From Octopus sinensis (Eukaryota): 64,000 bases of DNA. The DNA lies in contig NC_043002.1 of NCBI RefSeq assembly GCF_006345805.1, positions 119,412,001 through 119,476,000 on the forward strand. The letters are read 5' to 3'. The position numbers were made by a program, and so were the translations under genes. Numbering within the stretch: position 1 is the first letter of the stretch; every line of letters starts with the position of its first letter. The notes below the pieces were generated by a model. That model had not been told where the DNA came from. It did no database searches and saw only the letters and a program-made list of their open reading frames with translations. This document shows, in pieces, positions 47,611-59,774 of the stretch.

Positions 47611-49636
47611 ATAAAACGGTAAGATAACAAAAGAAAGAAAGAGACCTCAATATTATGTAAATAGAGGAAATTTATCTATACAATATGTTACATTACTCGG
47701 TAGTCAAGATAAAACTCTGAGTTTCAGATGCCGAAGTGGAAATCCACAACACCATCTCTTCGGTTATCTGGCTATTTGAAAACGTTATGAAAAAATACCG
47801 TTAAATAAAGGGAAATTACTCTGTTATAACTCTGCTTGCCTGCGTACTTATACATCGCTCGCATTTTTCGTCATAAAAATTATATAAAAATACATAAAAA
47901 ATACATAAAAAATATATAAAAAATATATAAAAATATATAAATTCTTCTTGGGACATAACATAGAAAGCATGTTCTATCTGTTTTCTTTAGGGGACCAAAA
48001 ACGTAACAGAAACTTAGTCACATGTGGGCATGATCCGAAAAGCTCTGTCCTTGTATTTAGACATGTAGTAGGGTCTAAGCTGCTTTTCCAGATAAGCCAT
48101 CTCTCCATGTCGCATAGACCGCACCTTCCGCTGCCGTTAGTATAGGGCTTACATCTGGCCAAAATCTTCCATTGTATGTTATAATCGACATCTTTATCTC
48201 TTAAAGACCAAATATGATTAGACAATTGTGTCGCTTTTCTTTTGTTCCAGTGCCTAAAGCTCAAAGTGTGGTTATTGAACCTGGCCTTGAAATTACCCTC
48301 TGTAAGGCCCACGTATTTTTTCGTCGAAACGGTGTCTTTAGTGGTTATAGAGCTTACGGTAGCTTCATATATGATGGTCTTGGACATGCAAGCTCCATTT
48401 AGCGGGCACAATTCTTTATTCCTGCATGAACAGCTGTTTTCTTCTTGTGTTTTTTGTATGTTATGTTTGATTATGTTTTTAAAATTGGTAGTGAACTAAA
48501 ACTAATTTTAATTGTGTCTATTGAAGAGTTTCCTATAAGTATGGTTAACTGGAAAATGTCTATCTATCAGTGCTAGGAAATATTTACCTATATTGAAGGC
48601 CACCTCGGGTGAGTAAGGGGGCGTAAACCAGATGACCTTCCTATTTCTATTATTCCTTTTCTTTACTGTTGGGCTAGTGATAGGTGTATATTTTATTTTA
48701 TCGCTGAAACCACTATCTTTTAAAGCCTTATTATAAACTGGGGCAACGCTATTGAAGATGTCCTCATCAGATGAGAGGCTAGAAATCCTCTTACTAATAT
48801 TTTTAACTAAATTTTTGAATACTATAGGGGGATGGCATGAACCTACATTAATATAACTTAGTCTATCATTGGGCTTCCTATTATATATAATATAATATAA
48901 TATAATATAATATAAATATATATAGGTAACACACATACACACATGTATGTACGTACACCTATTGCATATGTTTTTTGCACGCATACATGTTCATAAATGG
49001 AATTGAATGGAAAAATGTTGGTAAATTTGTAGATTAACACTCGCACGATTTTCACTAAGAAAAATAATCGTTTTTTTGCGTGGAATCAACTACTCTGGCT
49101 TCTGCTACAAAACCCTTTTTGTGGTCCGTAAAACGGGAGTAGGGTGTGGTGCAAGCCTCGGATTGTTACCTGCCTCTTTGTTTCTGTTGTTAAATAAATG
49201 GATTGTCAACAAAGCACTTTTTTACTCGGCGTAAAATAAAAACAAAACTCTTTCGCACCCAAAGTAATGTATGTGTATGAGAGAGGGGGAGAAAGATGAA
49301 CGATTTAAAATAAATAAATGATTTAAAATAAATATATTTTAATTGTTGTGTGAGAAAGTATATATAATCTCATTATAAAATATAGTGTCTTTCAAAATAT
49401 CCTAAATTTGAACACTATATCTCGTGTTTAAGAAAAAACAAAACGTTTTACATTTTATTTTTTATGAACGCTGTCACTTACACTCCCCCTCTCTCTCTCA
49501 CTTTGTCTTTACCTCGTTTTTTTTTGTTAGACGCTGTCAAACTCGCTCCCACTCTTCTTTACACATACTTTTTCTTTACTTTTTTTGTTAGAGGTTGTGA
49601 AACACCCTCTCTCCTTCACACACGCACACACACACT

Positions 49637-49668
<32 letters not shown>

Positions 49669-49960
49669 TCAACACACAGCCTCTCTCTCTCCCTCACACA
49701 CACACACTTTCGCTTGACTTTGGCTAGAAAGGACTTAACTCACGTTAGCAACCTTCGAAATTGGTAAAAGCTATGGTTGAAAATAGATTTTTACCGCTAT
49801 CCGCGGGTGCCTCGGGAAAAAAATAAGATGACAAAACCCAGGTAGGGTGGTGACGAATCTCCACCTAAAATTGGAGCGACATGCGTGCTAATTTGTGGAC
49901 GTGCATAAATTACATTCACGTACACACACACACACACACATCCTGCTTTATATATATATA
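47458..49960 (-). mobile_element. Probable non-autonomous Helitron-like element interrupted by a PLE
   Basis: Minus-strand 5' end TATATAAAGCAGGATGTGTG at ~49960; hairpin TAATCC..GGC-AAA-GCCGGATTA plus CTAA|T at 47458-47490; linking the two ends is inferred. Confidence 0.45.
47608..48881 (-). mobile_element. 5'-truncated Penelope-like retroelement (RT thumb/linker, GIY-YIG endonuclease, 3' UTR with hammerhead at 47701-47774)
   Basis: RKPND..YINVGSCHPP, RKVIWFTPPYS, CSCRNKELCPLNGAC, IIYEAT..KYVGLTEGNFKARFNNH, CGLCDME..LNTRTE; frameshifts near 48490-48510; TA tracts on both sides. Confidence 0.92.
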
Positions 49961-49964
49961 TAAT

Positions 49965-50001
<37 letters not shown>

Positions 50002-50260
50002 GCAGATGAAGCAGAGCCATTATCAAATGCTCCGTCTATGACCACCCCATCATACTTCCAGGCGTAAACTTTCTATACATACATTACTAAATATGCATTT
50101 TCCTTTTCCTGAAGGAGAAGAGTTCGTTGTTAATGTGATTTGGTTGCTATTTCTCGCAAGTCATCCGACCCTGTTGCTGCTGCGATGTTGGTTTGTGTAG
50201 GTTATGATGCGAGCAAAAAGAAAGGTACATATATTATTTTGTATTAATTATATACTAACT

Positions 50261-50480
50261 AAAGGCCGTGGGCTGGTAAAATTGTTAGCAGGACAGGCAT
50301 AATGCTAAGCGGCATATAGTCCGTCCTTACGTTCTGAATTCGAATTATGCCGAGGTCGACTTTGCTTTTCATCCTTTCGGAGTTCGTTGAAATGAGAACC
50401 AGTAACGCACTGAAGTACCAGTTACGACGATCCCCCTCCTCCAAAATTTCAGGCCTTGTGCCCATAGTAGAAAGGATTAA
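50261..50480 (+). mobile_element. SINE family B, older subfamily
   Basis: Core and AGGCCTTGTGCCCATAGTAGAAAGGATTA tail. Confidence 0.8.
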
Positions 50481-50894
50481 TTATATACTAACGGAGTGGG
50501 TGAGATTTGAATTCATCACTGGTATTTTCGTGAATGGAGTGTCTGTTCCAGTGAAGTAAAATACTTTCGATGTAGGACCACATTTTGAATGGAATTCCCC
50601 GAAAAGTCCTTAAGATTAAGGTTTCTCTCACAATTTTCAAATTTTAAGTAAAATTGAGCTGAGCCATTGAAATACTGAGACCATCATCAACAACAGAAAC
50701 AACCACCACCACCACCACCACCACTACCCTGCCCAAATCACCACAACAGCAACAACAATAATAATAACTATAGCCAAGCGTCTTTGGTTACATACACAGT
50801 GCAGTATTATAATTCGAATAAAGAACTATTTGAGCTTATCTCGCCTCATTAGTGACACAGCCCAGCGAGGATAAAACGGGCTTATAAAAGTACC

Positions 50895-51320
50895 ACAGTG
50901 TGAAAAGTCTGGCTGCATCCGAAAAAATATATATTATGAAACAAAAATAAACACAAAATCTATCACACGAATCTGTTACCTCCACGACAGTCAACTATTT
51001 GATGCCGAACACGAGTTTGATGTTGAATACATCCACGAATTTTCCGCTCAGATAGCTCTTCCCAAGACTGAAAGACGGCTTCGTGCAATTCATGCCTCGT
51101 TGTAGGGTTTTTCAGTTCAACTTTATCGGCCAAAACATCTAAAGTTAATAATGATTCTGTTAATTCCACGTGTAAACATGTGTTGAATAGAACTCACTGA
51201 ATAAATCTTAATTAACTGTGTTGTCAATTGTATGCACCTGACATATGCTAACGTGTATGCAGCCAGATTTTTCACACAGAAGATACAATGACCGTCCCAG
51301 CTACAAATCTGGTAACAATA
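50895..51320 (-). mobile_element. Decayed Tc1/mariner transposase C-terminal remnant
   Basis: KNPTTRHELHEAVFQSWEEL..IRGCI....RV..IVDCRGG resembles the Tc1 C-terminus. Confidence 0.55.
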
Positions 51321-51759
51321 CACTATTAATCATTAAGTAAGTAATTAACTGAAAATAGAATCTGCTTACTCTGACACGAATTATTTCTAAGTTCTACCTT
51401 AGAAATAATTTGATTAAGTCGCCACTAATATATATGTTTGAGACACAGTAAGAATAAGTCTCCACTGTATGCTACCGTTTCTATTGATCCTATCAAGTTG
51501 ACTAGCTGCAGCTCTATAAGAATTCTTTTTACTTAACATTTATTCTTTCCATGAAAGCATTTGCTAATAGCAGAAACAGATATGCAAACACGCAAACGCT
51601 CATACACATATTCATCAATTCCACGAACGGCACGCAGATATATACACACACGCATATATAACCTCTGTGTGTGTGTGTGAGTGTGTGTGTGTGTATGCAC
51701 AAGCATGTATATATCATTGTATCTATATATGCATCTACCTATCTATCTTATAAATCTTG

Positions 51760-51844
<85 letters not shown>

Positions 51845-51999
51845 TATATACATAAAGACACACATCAATATATATCACATGATGCATAAATATACTTGTA
51901 AGTTCATATATCTATATATACAAAAGAGCTGGCAATATTACAAGAAAAAGTTTTGGAGTAATCTGGGTTAAGACAGCGTCAGCATTAAAAGTTGCTGTT

Positions 52000-53260
52000 C
52001 TGGTAAAAATATTCGTGTAGGCGAAGAAAAAAGACAACGGATAAACAGCAATGTCACTGTATTAAATGTGTGACAGGAATAAAATGATAATATTTCGGAC
52101 AGTAGCTCTTCGTCTAGACGAAAAGGAGGAGAAAAATAGGAAAAAAAAGCTAGAAGAAAAAAGTGGTAGGAAAGTCCTATTTGTTTGCTGAGCTGTGGGG
52201 TATGTTTGAATGGTATACACGCGTAGAAGGTAGGAAGGAGAAAGGAATTATACGCGGGATGTGTTTGAGTATGCGTAAGTATGTCATGCGTATGTGATAG
52301 AAGGTAATATGGTGGAATAAAATATGCATGATGTATGTTTGTTTGTATGGTGAAGGTGTATAGTAATTCAGGCAACGCATTAATACGTGGTATGTATGCA
52401 AAACCTTGTAACATTTTTGTAGATTAGGGGATGGTTGTCAAATAAATGAACTGACCTGAATATGAGTTGTAATTAAGTAGATATGTGAAATGAAATGAAG
52501 CAAATGGCGTGGATAATGTATGTAGTACGTTAAAGTAAACGATATGTGTGTGTGGATGTATGTTTTAGAGATAAGAGATTTGGCTTTTGAAGCTGGCAGC
52601 GATGACTGTATTTAAGCGGAAGATTAGTTGTTGCTGATATCAAGGACGAGGAACAGGAGCACCATGATGTTGTATAATCTCCAAAATAGAACGGTACAAA
52701 TGAGAAAGCCAAAGAAATGTAGTGGCGAGTCACTGCTGTTAGTATCCGTTATTTTGGTGAGCGTCTGGAAAATATTCCTCAAACCAATTATCGGGAGCCG
52801 ATAAAAATTATAGGTTTTGGTGGGATGAAGGAACTGTAAACCAGAGGTTATCTATGTTGTGGCTGCATGGGAAGCAAAGGGTATTCGAGAAGGGTGTGCG
52901 GGGTTGCAGAATCGGACCGGAAAAAATAGAAGTGTTGTCGGATGGTTTGATGGAAATGATGGGAAAGATAGGTGGTAGGGTGGAAGCTAAAGAAGGGGGA
53001 AATGTGGAGATGAAAGGAAAGGGATAGGAGATGCATTCAGAGGGTGCAATGACAAGCAACATTGAACCACAAGCTGGTGGGGGTAATCTCGTTTTAAGAG
53101 TCATATCATATGGTGTGACTGATCAAAGTCACAGCCTAAACCACAAGAACGACACAGTCAAAGGAATTACAAGTAGGAAGGGTTGCGTTAGAAGGGCTGA
53201 GTTGAATTCATGCTAGGAGTGGGTGACGGAAGTGGCGGCGTTGAGACTGTGGTGACCATT
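52000..53260 (-). mobile_element. Old decayed Penelope-like element
   Basis: Fragments KRDYP, RSDSATPHTL, VTRHY, QQQLIFRLNT in PLE order; degenerate GACGAAGAGCT..CGAAA motif at ~52090-52120. Confidence 0.5.
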
Positions 53261-53272
53261 AGATGCATATGT

Positions 53273-53661
53273 GGATGGATGGACACTCCGTCGGTTACGA
53301 CGTCGAGGGTTCCGGTTGATCCGATCAACGGAACAGCCTGCTCGTGAAATTAACGTGTAAGTGGCTGAGCACTCCACAGACACGTGTACCCTTGACGTAG
53401 TTCTCGGGGATATTCAGCGTGACACAGAGAGTGACAAGGCCGGCCCTTTGAAATACAGGTACAACAGAAACAGGAAGTAAGAGTGAGAGAAAGTTGTGGT
53501 GAAAGAGTACAGCAGGGATCACCACCATCCCCTGCTGGAGCCTCGTGGAGCTTAGGTGTTATCGCTCAATAAAACACTCACAACGCCCGGTCTGGGAATC
53601 GAAACCGCGATCCTATGACCGCGAGTCCGCTGCCCTAACCACTGGGCCATTGTGCCTCCAC
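53273..53661 (-). mobile_element. SINE family C, full length
   Basis: 12-bp TSD AGATGCATATGT (53261-53272, 53662-53673). Confidence 0.92.
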
Positions 53662-53940
53662 AGATGCATATGTATCCATAAAGTGGACAGAGTGATGGAT
53701 ATCGAAAGGAGGCATTTAATGACAGATGAAATGAGCTAACAAATAAAGCGGAAGTGTTCACGAATGAAGGAAGTGCCATTGATACAATCATAGATGTCGT
53801 ATGAATATTTATATCACGCATAAATACATTCTCATATTTACGAACATACAAGCACGCACAAACACATATACATAAAATCACAGACATATACACACAAATG
53901 CATACATATATTCACCCATACATGCATATATATATATATA

Positions 53941-54110
53941 TAATAAAATATTAGGGAATAAATCCAAACTTACAGGGAAAAATCAGATTTAGGATTAAAT
54001 CCAATTTTATAGTAAAATATTATATTATATTAAATTAGAGACAAAACACACTATTAGGCAAATCATACAATGAAAAACTTAAGCCATACATAAGATTAAT
54101 TTAATTTATA
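53941..54110 (-). repeat. Copy of the TA-associated repeat at 30955 and 31455
   Basis: Reverse-complement match. Confidence 0.8.
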
Positions 54111-54170
54111 TTATTTTAGATATATATCAAAAGTATTAAAAGTTTAATAAAAGATAAAGAGTATGTATAT

Positions 54171-54204
<34 letters not shown>

Positions 54205-54217
54205 CTATATATATATT

Positions 54218-54250
<33 letters not shown>

Positions 54251-54270
54251 AAAGCATATTTGCACTTTAC

Positions 54271-54441
54271 CCATTCGATATCTTTCCAATCAGTTTGATT
54301 GTTTGCTGTAATTCATTGCTAAGCGCTTCCTTTTTTTTCTTTGAACTGTTGCGAAATTCGATTCAGTAAGCATTGCTCTCGGGTATTGATCAGTCCTTGA
54401 GAAAATGAATCAAAAACGAAGGAGATATTTCTGTTGTACAG
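54271..54441 (-). pseudogene. Candidate 171-nt exon encoding a TRIM-like coiled coil (two compensating frameshifts)
   Basis: Acceptor TTTTATTTGTGTTTTCTGTTTAG, donor GG|GTAAAG; GLINTREQCLLNRISQQFKEKK/EALSNELQQTIKLIGKISN. Confidence 0.35.
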
Positions 54442-54736
54442 CTAAACAGAAAACACAAATAAAATTACTTGAAAACTCAGGAAATGAATGAACGTCGCCT
54501 GCCAATTATCTTCTCCACGTGTCTTCTCCGGGTTTTCACAACATGCTTCCTTAGATTTTAACGTGCATGTCTGTTTGTGGGTGTGTTGTACATACATACA
54601 TACAAACATGCAAGCATACACATATACATGTACAACAAACTCACGCACACGCACGCACACACACACAATCACACACATGTACATATTTATATGTGTGCGT
54701 ATACTTATATTCATATATTTATCTGATGTGTGTATC

Positions 54737-54815
<79 letters not shown>

Positions 54816-54996
54816 GTATATATCTATATGTATATCTATTTCTATATGTATTTCTATATCTATATCTATATATAATGCATACACGTATGTGTACGCAGGC
54901 GTGTGTAAGTATTTTTATGGGGTATAAATGTATTTGTATGCTCATATAAGTGCATATACATGCATGCACATGTATGCATATATATGCATGTATATG

Positions 54997-55047
<51 letters not shown>

Positions 55048-55202
55048 ACATATAGTTGTATGTACATGCACACATATATATGTATATATATGCACATATA
55101 TGTATACATATATATGAAAACATGCATACATGTGCAGGTAGAAATGCAAAAATACATATATACTGAAATACATACGTATATGCGTATATAGATATATGCG
55201 TG

Positions 55203-55286
<84 letters not shown>

Positions 55287-56154
55287 ACATATACATATAT
55301 ATGTACATATATATATACACAACATATATACATATATATATATATATTGTGTATATTATATATATGTAGATACAGACGTATTCATTATAAAGAATATGTT
55401 CTTATTTCCGTGTTCATAATATTTACATCCATAACCAGTTTTTCAGATATGATATAACAGGAATTTCTATATCAATATTGTTTCATTGAACTTATCGTTG
55501 TCAATTTCCAGTAGCTCTTTTGTGATTTCTTTTCTGTCGTTCCACTCTTCAGGTAAACATGAATTAAATTCATTCACCATCTGTTTTTACTGTCGTTTAG
55601 TTTTCATTTTTGCTTCGTTATATTATTGAACATCAGTTCGGATTCTTATCATGCATTGTTCTATCTATTGTTGCTATACTAACTGAAATTATGATGTCTT
55701 CATAGATTTTACTTTAAGGGAATGTTTTGTTAGTCGTTTGATAATTTTTTTTTGTTCTTTTTCGGTAGTGGTATCCTGAGCTAACTTTCTCTAGTGGAAA
55801 GCTTTATTACATTCCAATACTTCAATATACACGTACATTGATACGACATAAGTATGCATGCATATATGAAAATATACGTGTATATACGTGTATATATGTG
55901 TATACATATATACATGTATGTATGCATGTTTGTATATATATATATATATGTATATATGTATATGCATATATGCGTGCGTATGCACACATATTTACATAAA
56001 TATAGACTTATATAAATATAGATATAAATATATATATATATACGCATACATATATAAATTCATATACATATACATATATGTGTAAATATAGATATATGTT
56101 TATATATATATATGTTTGTGTATATGCATATATATATATATGTATCTGTATAAG

Positions 56155-56214
<60 letters not shown>

Positions 56215-56432
56215 ATATATATATATTCTACATATTATATGTGCATGTGTGTGTGTGTATGTGTGTACACCCAACTTAAATGATTATTTCATCTGCAATC
56301 ACAATGTCTCGGGGTTTCGATCTCACAGCAGGTCATTTTTTTGTTTTACTCTCGAGTTCTTAGGAAACTGAATTACTGTTACAATATATTTGTAGTTTGA
56401 CGTTATGATATTCGGTCGGTATACATTTTAAG

Positions 56433-56684
56433 GTGGAGACGCGTGGTTTAGTGATTAGGGTGTCAGCATCATGATCGTAAGATTGTAGTTTCGATTTCTG
56501 GACCGGGCTAAGCGTTTTGTTCTTGAGCAAAACACTTCATTTCACGTTGCTCCAGTCCACTCAGCTGGCAAAAATGAGTAACGCTGCGATGGACTGGCAT
56601 CCCGTCCAGCTGGGGAACGCATACGCCATTGGAACCGGAAAGCTGGGCCCATGAACCTGGCTAGGCTTTAAAAGGACGCATTTA
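56433..56684 (+). mobile_element. SINE family D (V-SINE-like)
   Basis: tRNA-like head, TTGAGCAAAACACTT, and CTGCGATGGACTGGCATCCCGTCCAG resembling the V-domain. Confidence 0.75.
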
Positions 56685-57586
56685 TTATATTTTTAAATGC
56701 ATCTTAAGACACTTATATAAGGCATTATTATGAGTTCGCATTTTATTTCAAATTACTCTATATCTTATAGAAACATACTTGAAACTCAGCAACTCATTTA
56801 TTATTCTACGAAATTTCACATTACAGGTGATTGAAGTGTTTATGCCTTCAACAATAGTGTGCGGTATGTCCAGAAAATAGAGAAAACTTTGCGACAGAGA
56901 CTCGAAACTGAATCACGAATTCTTATGACAAAGGATCTGCAATATATAAAAGAATGGAGGCCGGAAAAGGAAAAAAAAATCAATGTTTTCTCGATATACG
57001 TATTTCGTTACTCCTACAATAACTGACAATGTTTCATCTCCATTATTTCATCTCTACTGACACAAGTTTCAGACCGCTAATACTGAAATATAGGATACGA
57101 TCTATATGTTGTGCAATCATGTTCACTGGCACACGAAAAACCAACATTGGACTGAAAATTTCCGATTAAACTTGCGTCTAGAGACTGGTTTTTCCCTTGG
57201 AAATCTCAAGATTTTATGCAAGTATAATATCAACAAACTAAATTTTCATTACTTTCAAACGACAAAAATGTATTTCACTGAAGCAATGTCACGTTAACCT
57301 AAATAACAATGCTTGGAACAAGATGGATGTCAATAGATCATACTGAAAATGTCACTGCCATTCACCAAGTTTATCTATAGAAAAGGTCAAATCTACTATA
57401 ATTTGTAAGCATCCACTTGAAATCAATTGAGCTATGTCCAACTAAATGACATTTGCTCAATATTCAATGAATGTTGGTACATTTAATCAGCAAGGTGAAT
57501 TTTGCACTAGAAATTTTTTGGAAAATATCACAAAAAATGATTGCAACTTCAGAGATACAAACATTGTAAAATTAGAATTAGTGCAC

Positions 57587-57660
<74 letters not shown>

Positions 57661-57695
57661 ATATCTATCTATCTATCTATCTATCTGTCTGTCTA

Positions 57696-57733
<38 letters not shown>

Positions 57734-57996
57734 CGTCCGTCCGTCCGTCCATCCGTCTGTCTGTCTGTCTGTCTGTCCGTCCGTCCGTCCGTCTGTCTGT
57801 CTGTCTGTCTGTCTGTCGTCTGTCTGTCCGTCCGTCCGTCCGTCCGTCCGTCCGTCTGTCTGTATATACATTAATATATGTAATTTTGTGTATATATATA
57901 TACAATATACATATATATATATATATATATATATTTCCACACACATGTATAATTGGGAGTGGTATTGCCCATCCTAAACATACATGCATACATACA

Positions 57997-58030
<34 letters not shown>

Positions 58031-58338
58031 CACACATACATACATACATACATACATAAATGCATACATACATACATACATATATATACACACATACATA
58101 CATACACACATACATACATACACACACACATACATATATACATACATACATACATACATACATACATACGTACATACATACATACATACATACATGCATA
58201 CATACATACATACATACATACGTACGTACATACATACATACATACATACATACATGCATACATACATACATACATACATACATACATGCATACATACATG
58301 CATACATACATACATACATACATACATACATACATACA

Positions 58339-58371
<33 letters not shown>

Positions 58372-58390
58372 TGCATACATACATACATAT
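57587..58390. repeat. (TATC)n(TGTC)n(CGTC)n and long (CATA)n microsatellites
   Basis: Direct observation. Confidence 0.93.
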
Positions 58391-58946
58391 GTTTCAGAGT
58401 CTACATCCAAAAGAGATTCAGACATCAGAGAAACGCTCAATGCTGATTGTCGACCAAACAGTTTGAATATGAAATTTCAAATACTTTCCTTCATCCTGAA
58501 AACACTTGATTTTTAATGCCATTCAGATATTTTGACACATTTTCATATGAATTTCATCACATTGTTTACTTTTTGTGTTTCTCACAAAGTATTAACATTT
58601 ATAAAAGTTGGAGTCTGTATTAAATCTTTTCTCTTCATACATAAACACCATACTGGCTGATAGTTTCCAATTAAAATTCCTCTCAGATTCAGAAATAATT
58701 GCTTTGTTGTCATTTTTTGTATTTATTTTATAACATCAGATTCGATTGACAAATCTTTGCTACTGTTTGCTTTTTCCTGCCAAACTCTGGAAGTGTTTAC
58801 TATATTTGCTTCTGCAGTTCTAAACATAAATTAAATGCGGAATGAGTTTACGTAACGTAAGATAAGGAGATTTGACCCACCAGGAAGGTAGCCAACGGTT
58901 GCAGATATGTCAAATGAACCGAAAAGAAATTCAAAGGCTATTGGGA

Positions 58947-58947
<1 letters not shown>

Positions 58948-59015
<68 letters not shown>

Positions 59016-59049
59016 GTTGCTGCTGCTGCTGCTGCTTCTGCTTCTGCTG

Positions 59050-59083
<34 letters not shown>
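58948..59083. repeat. (CTA)n(CTG)n trinucleotide repeat
   Basis: Direct observation. Confidence 0.93.
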
Positions 59084-59085
<2 letters not shown>

Positions 59086-59192
59086 AGCAGTATTTTGCTT
59101 GTCTTTGCGTCCTGAGTTCAAGTTCCGCCGAGGTCGAATTTGACTAGCCCATCTCCCAAAATTTCAGGCCTTGTGCCTATATTAGAAAGGAT
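59084..59192 (+). mobile_element. SINE family B fragment with internal deletion
   Basis: CTGAGTTCAA.TTCCGCCGAGGTCGA joined to the old-subfamily tail. Confidence 0.7.
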
Positions 59193-59233
59193 TATTATTG
59201 AGTGAATGAGCAGTGCATGCCATCAAAGTGACA

Positions 59234-59274
<41 letters not shown>

Positions 59275-59275
<1 letters not shown>

Positions 59276-59757
59276 GAGTGAGAGAGCAGTTCATGCTATC
59301 AAAGTGACACTGGGGTAAAATATACGAAGCCCAATATACCCATCATGACTACCCGTCTGATAAAGGTACACCAGGCACATGCATCACAACCATATGTGCG
59401 CGACATGGTGATCTCATATCAAGATAAACAGCACATGACCTTGCAGGTGGGGCCCAGTTAGAATTTTATTCTGGTCGAGTAACCCATCCCACTCAAAAGG
59501 TCCCTGAATAAGGGTTATTTAAGTATGTTGAACGAAACACCCAAGTTTCCATAGATGAATTATTCAAACCCCAAAGAATCCCTCTCAGCACATGGCTATG
59601 ATGCTCCCCCACTACTTCTGCTCGTGATCAGAGATGCACATATCCTCAACCCCTAAGGGACATGGTCAATTGGATAAGGTCAAACAACTGACAAGCAAAT
59701 CTGTGGTATTGAGCAGAATATTTGCCGTAGACAATCTTTTATACCAAGACAAAACAA
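59275..59757 (-). mobile_element. ~480-bp non-coding dispersed element inserted in (TAA)n
   Basis: TTA repeats on both sides; second copy at 63695-64000 (+); 3'-terminal ~36-bp copy at 59198-59233. Confidence 0.8.
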
Positions 59758-59774
59758 ATTATTATTATTATTAT

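Noticed and set aside
47974-48881. Selenocysteine-recoding Penelope-like element (as reported for some Naiad elements)
   Set aside because: No in-frame TGA at a Cys position is visible; the break between ORFs is due to small deletions. A family consensus would be needed to test it.
56827-57030. Plus-strand exon-like frame VYAFNNSVRYVQKIEKTLRQRLE..
   Set aside because: In-frame stop right after the putative acceptor, no clear donor and no recognisable domain.
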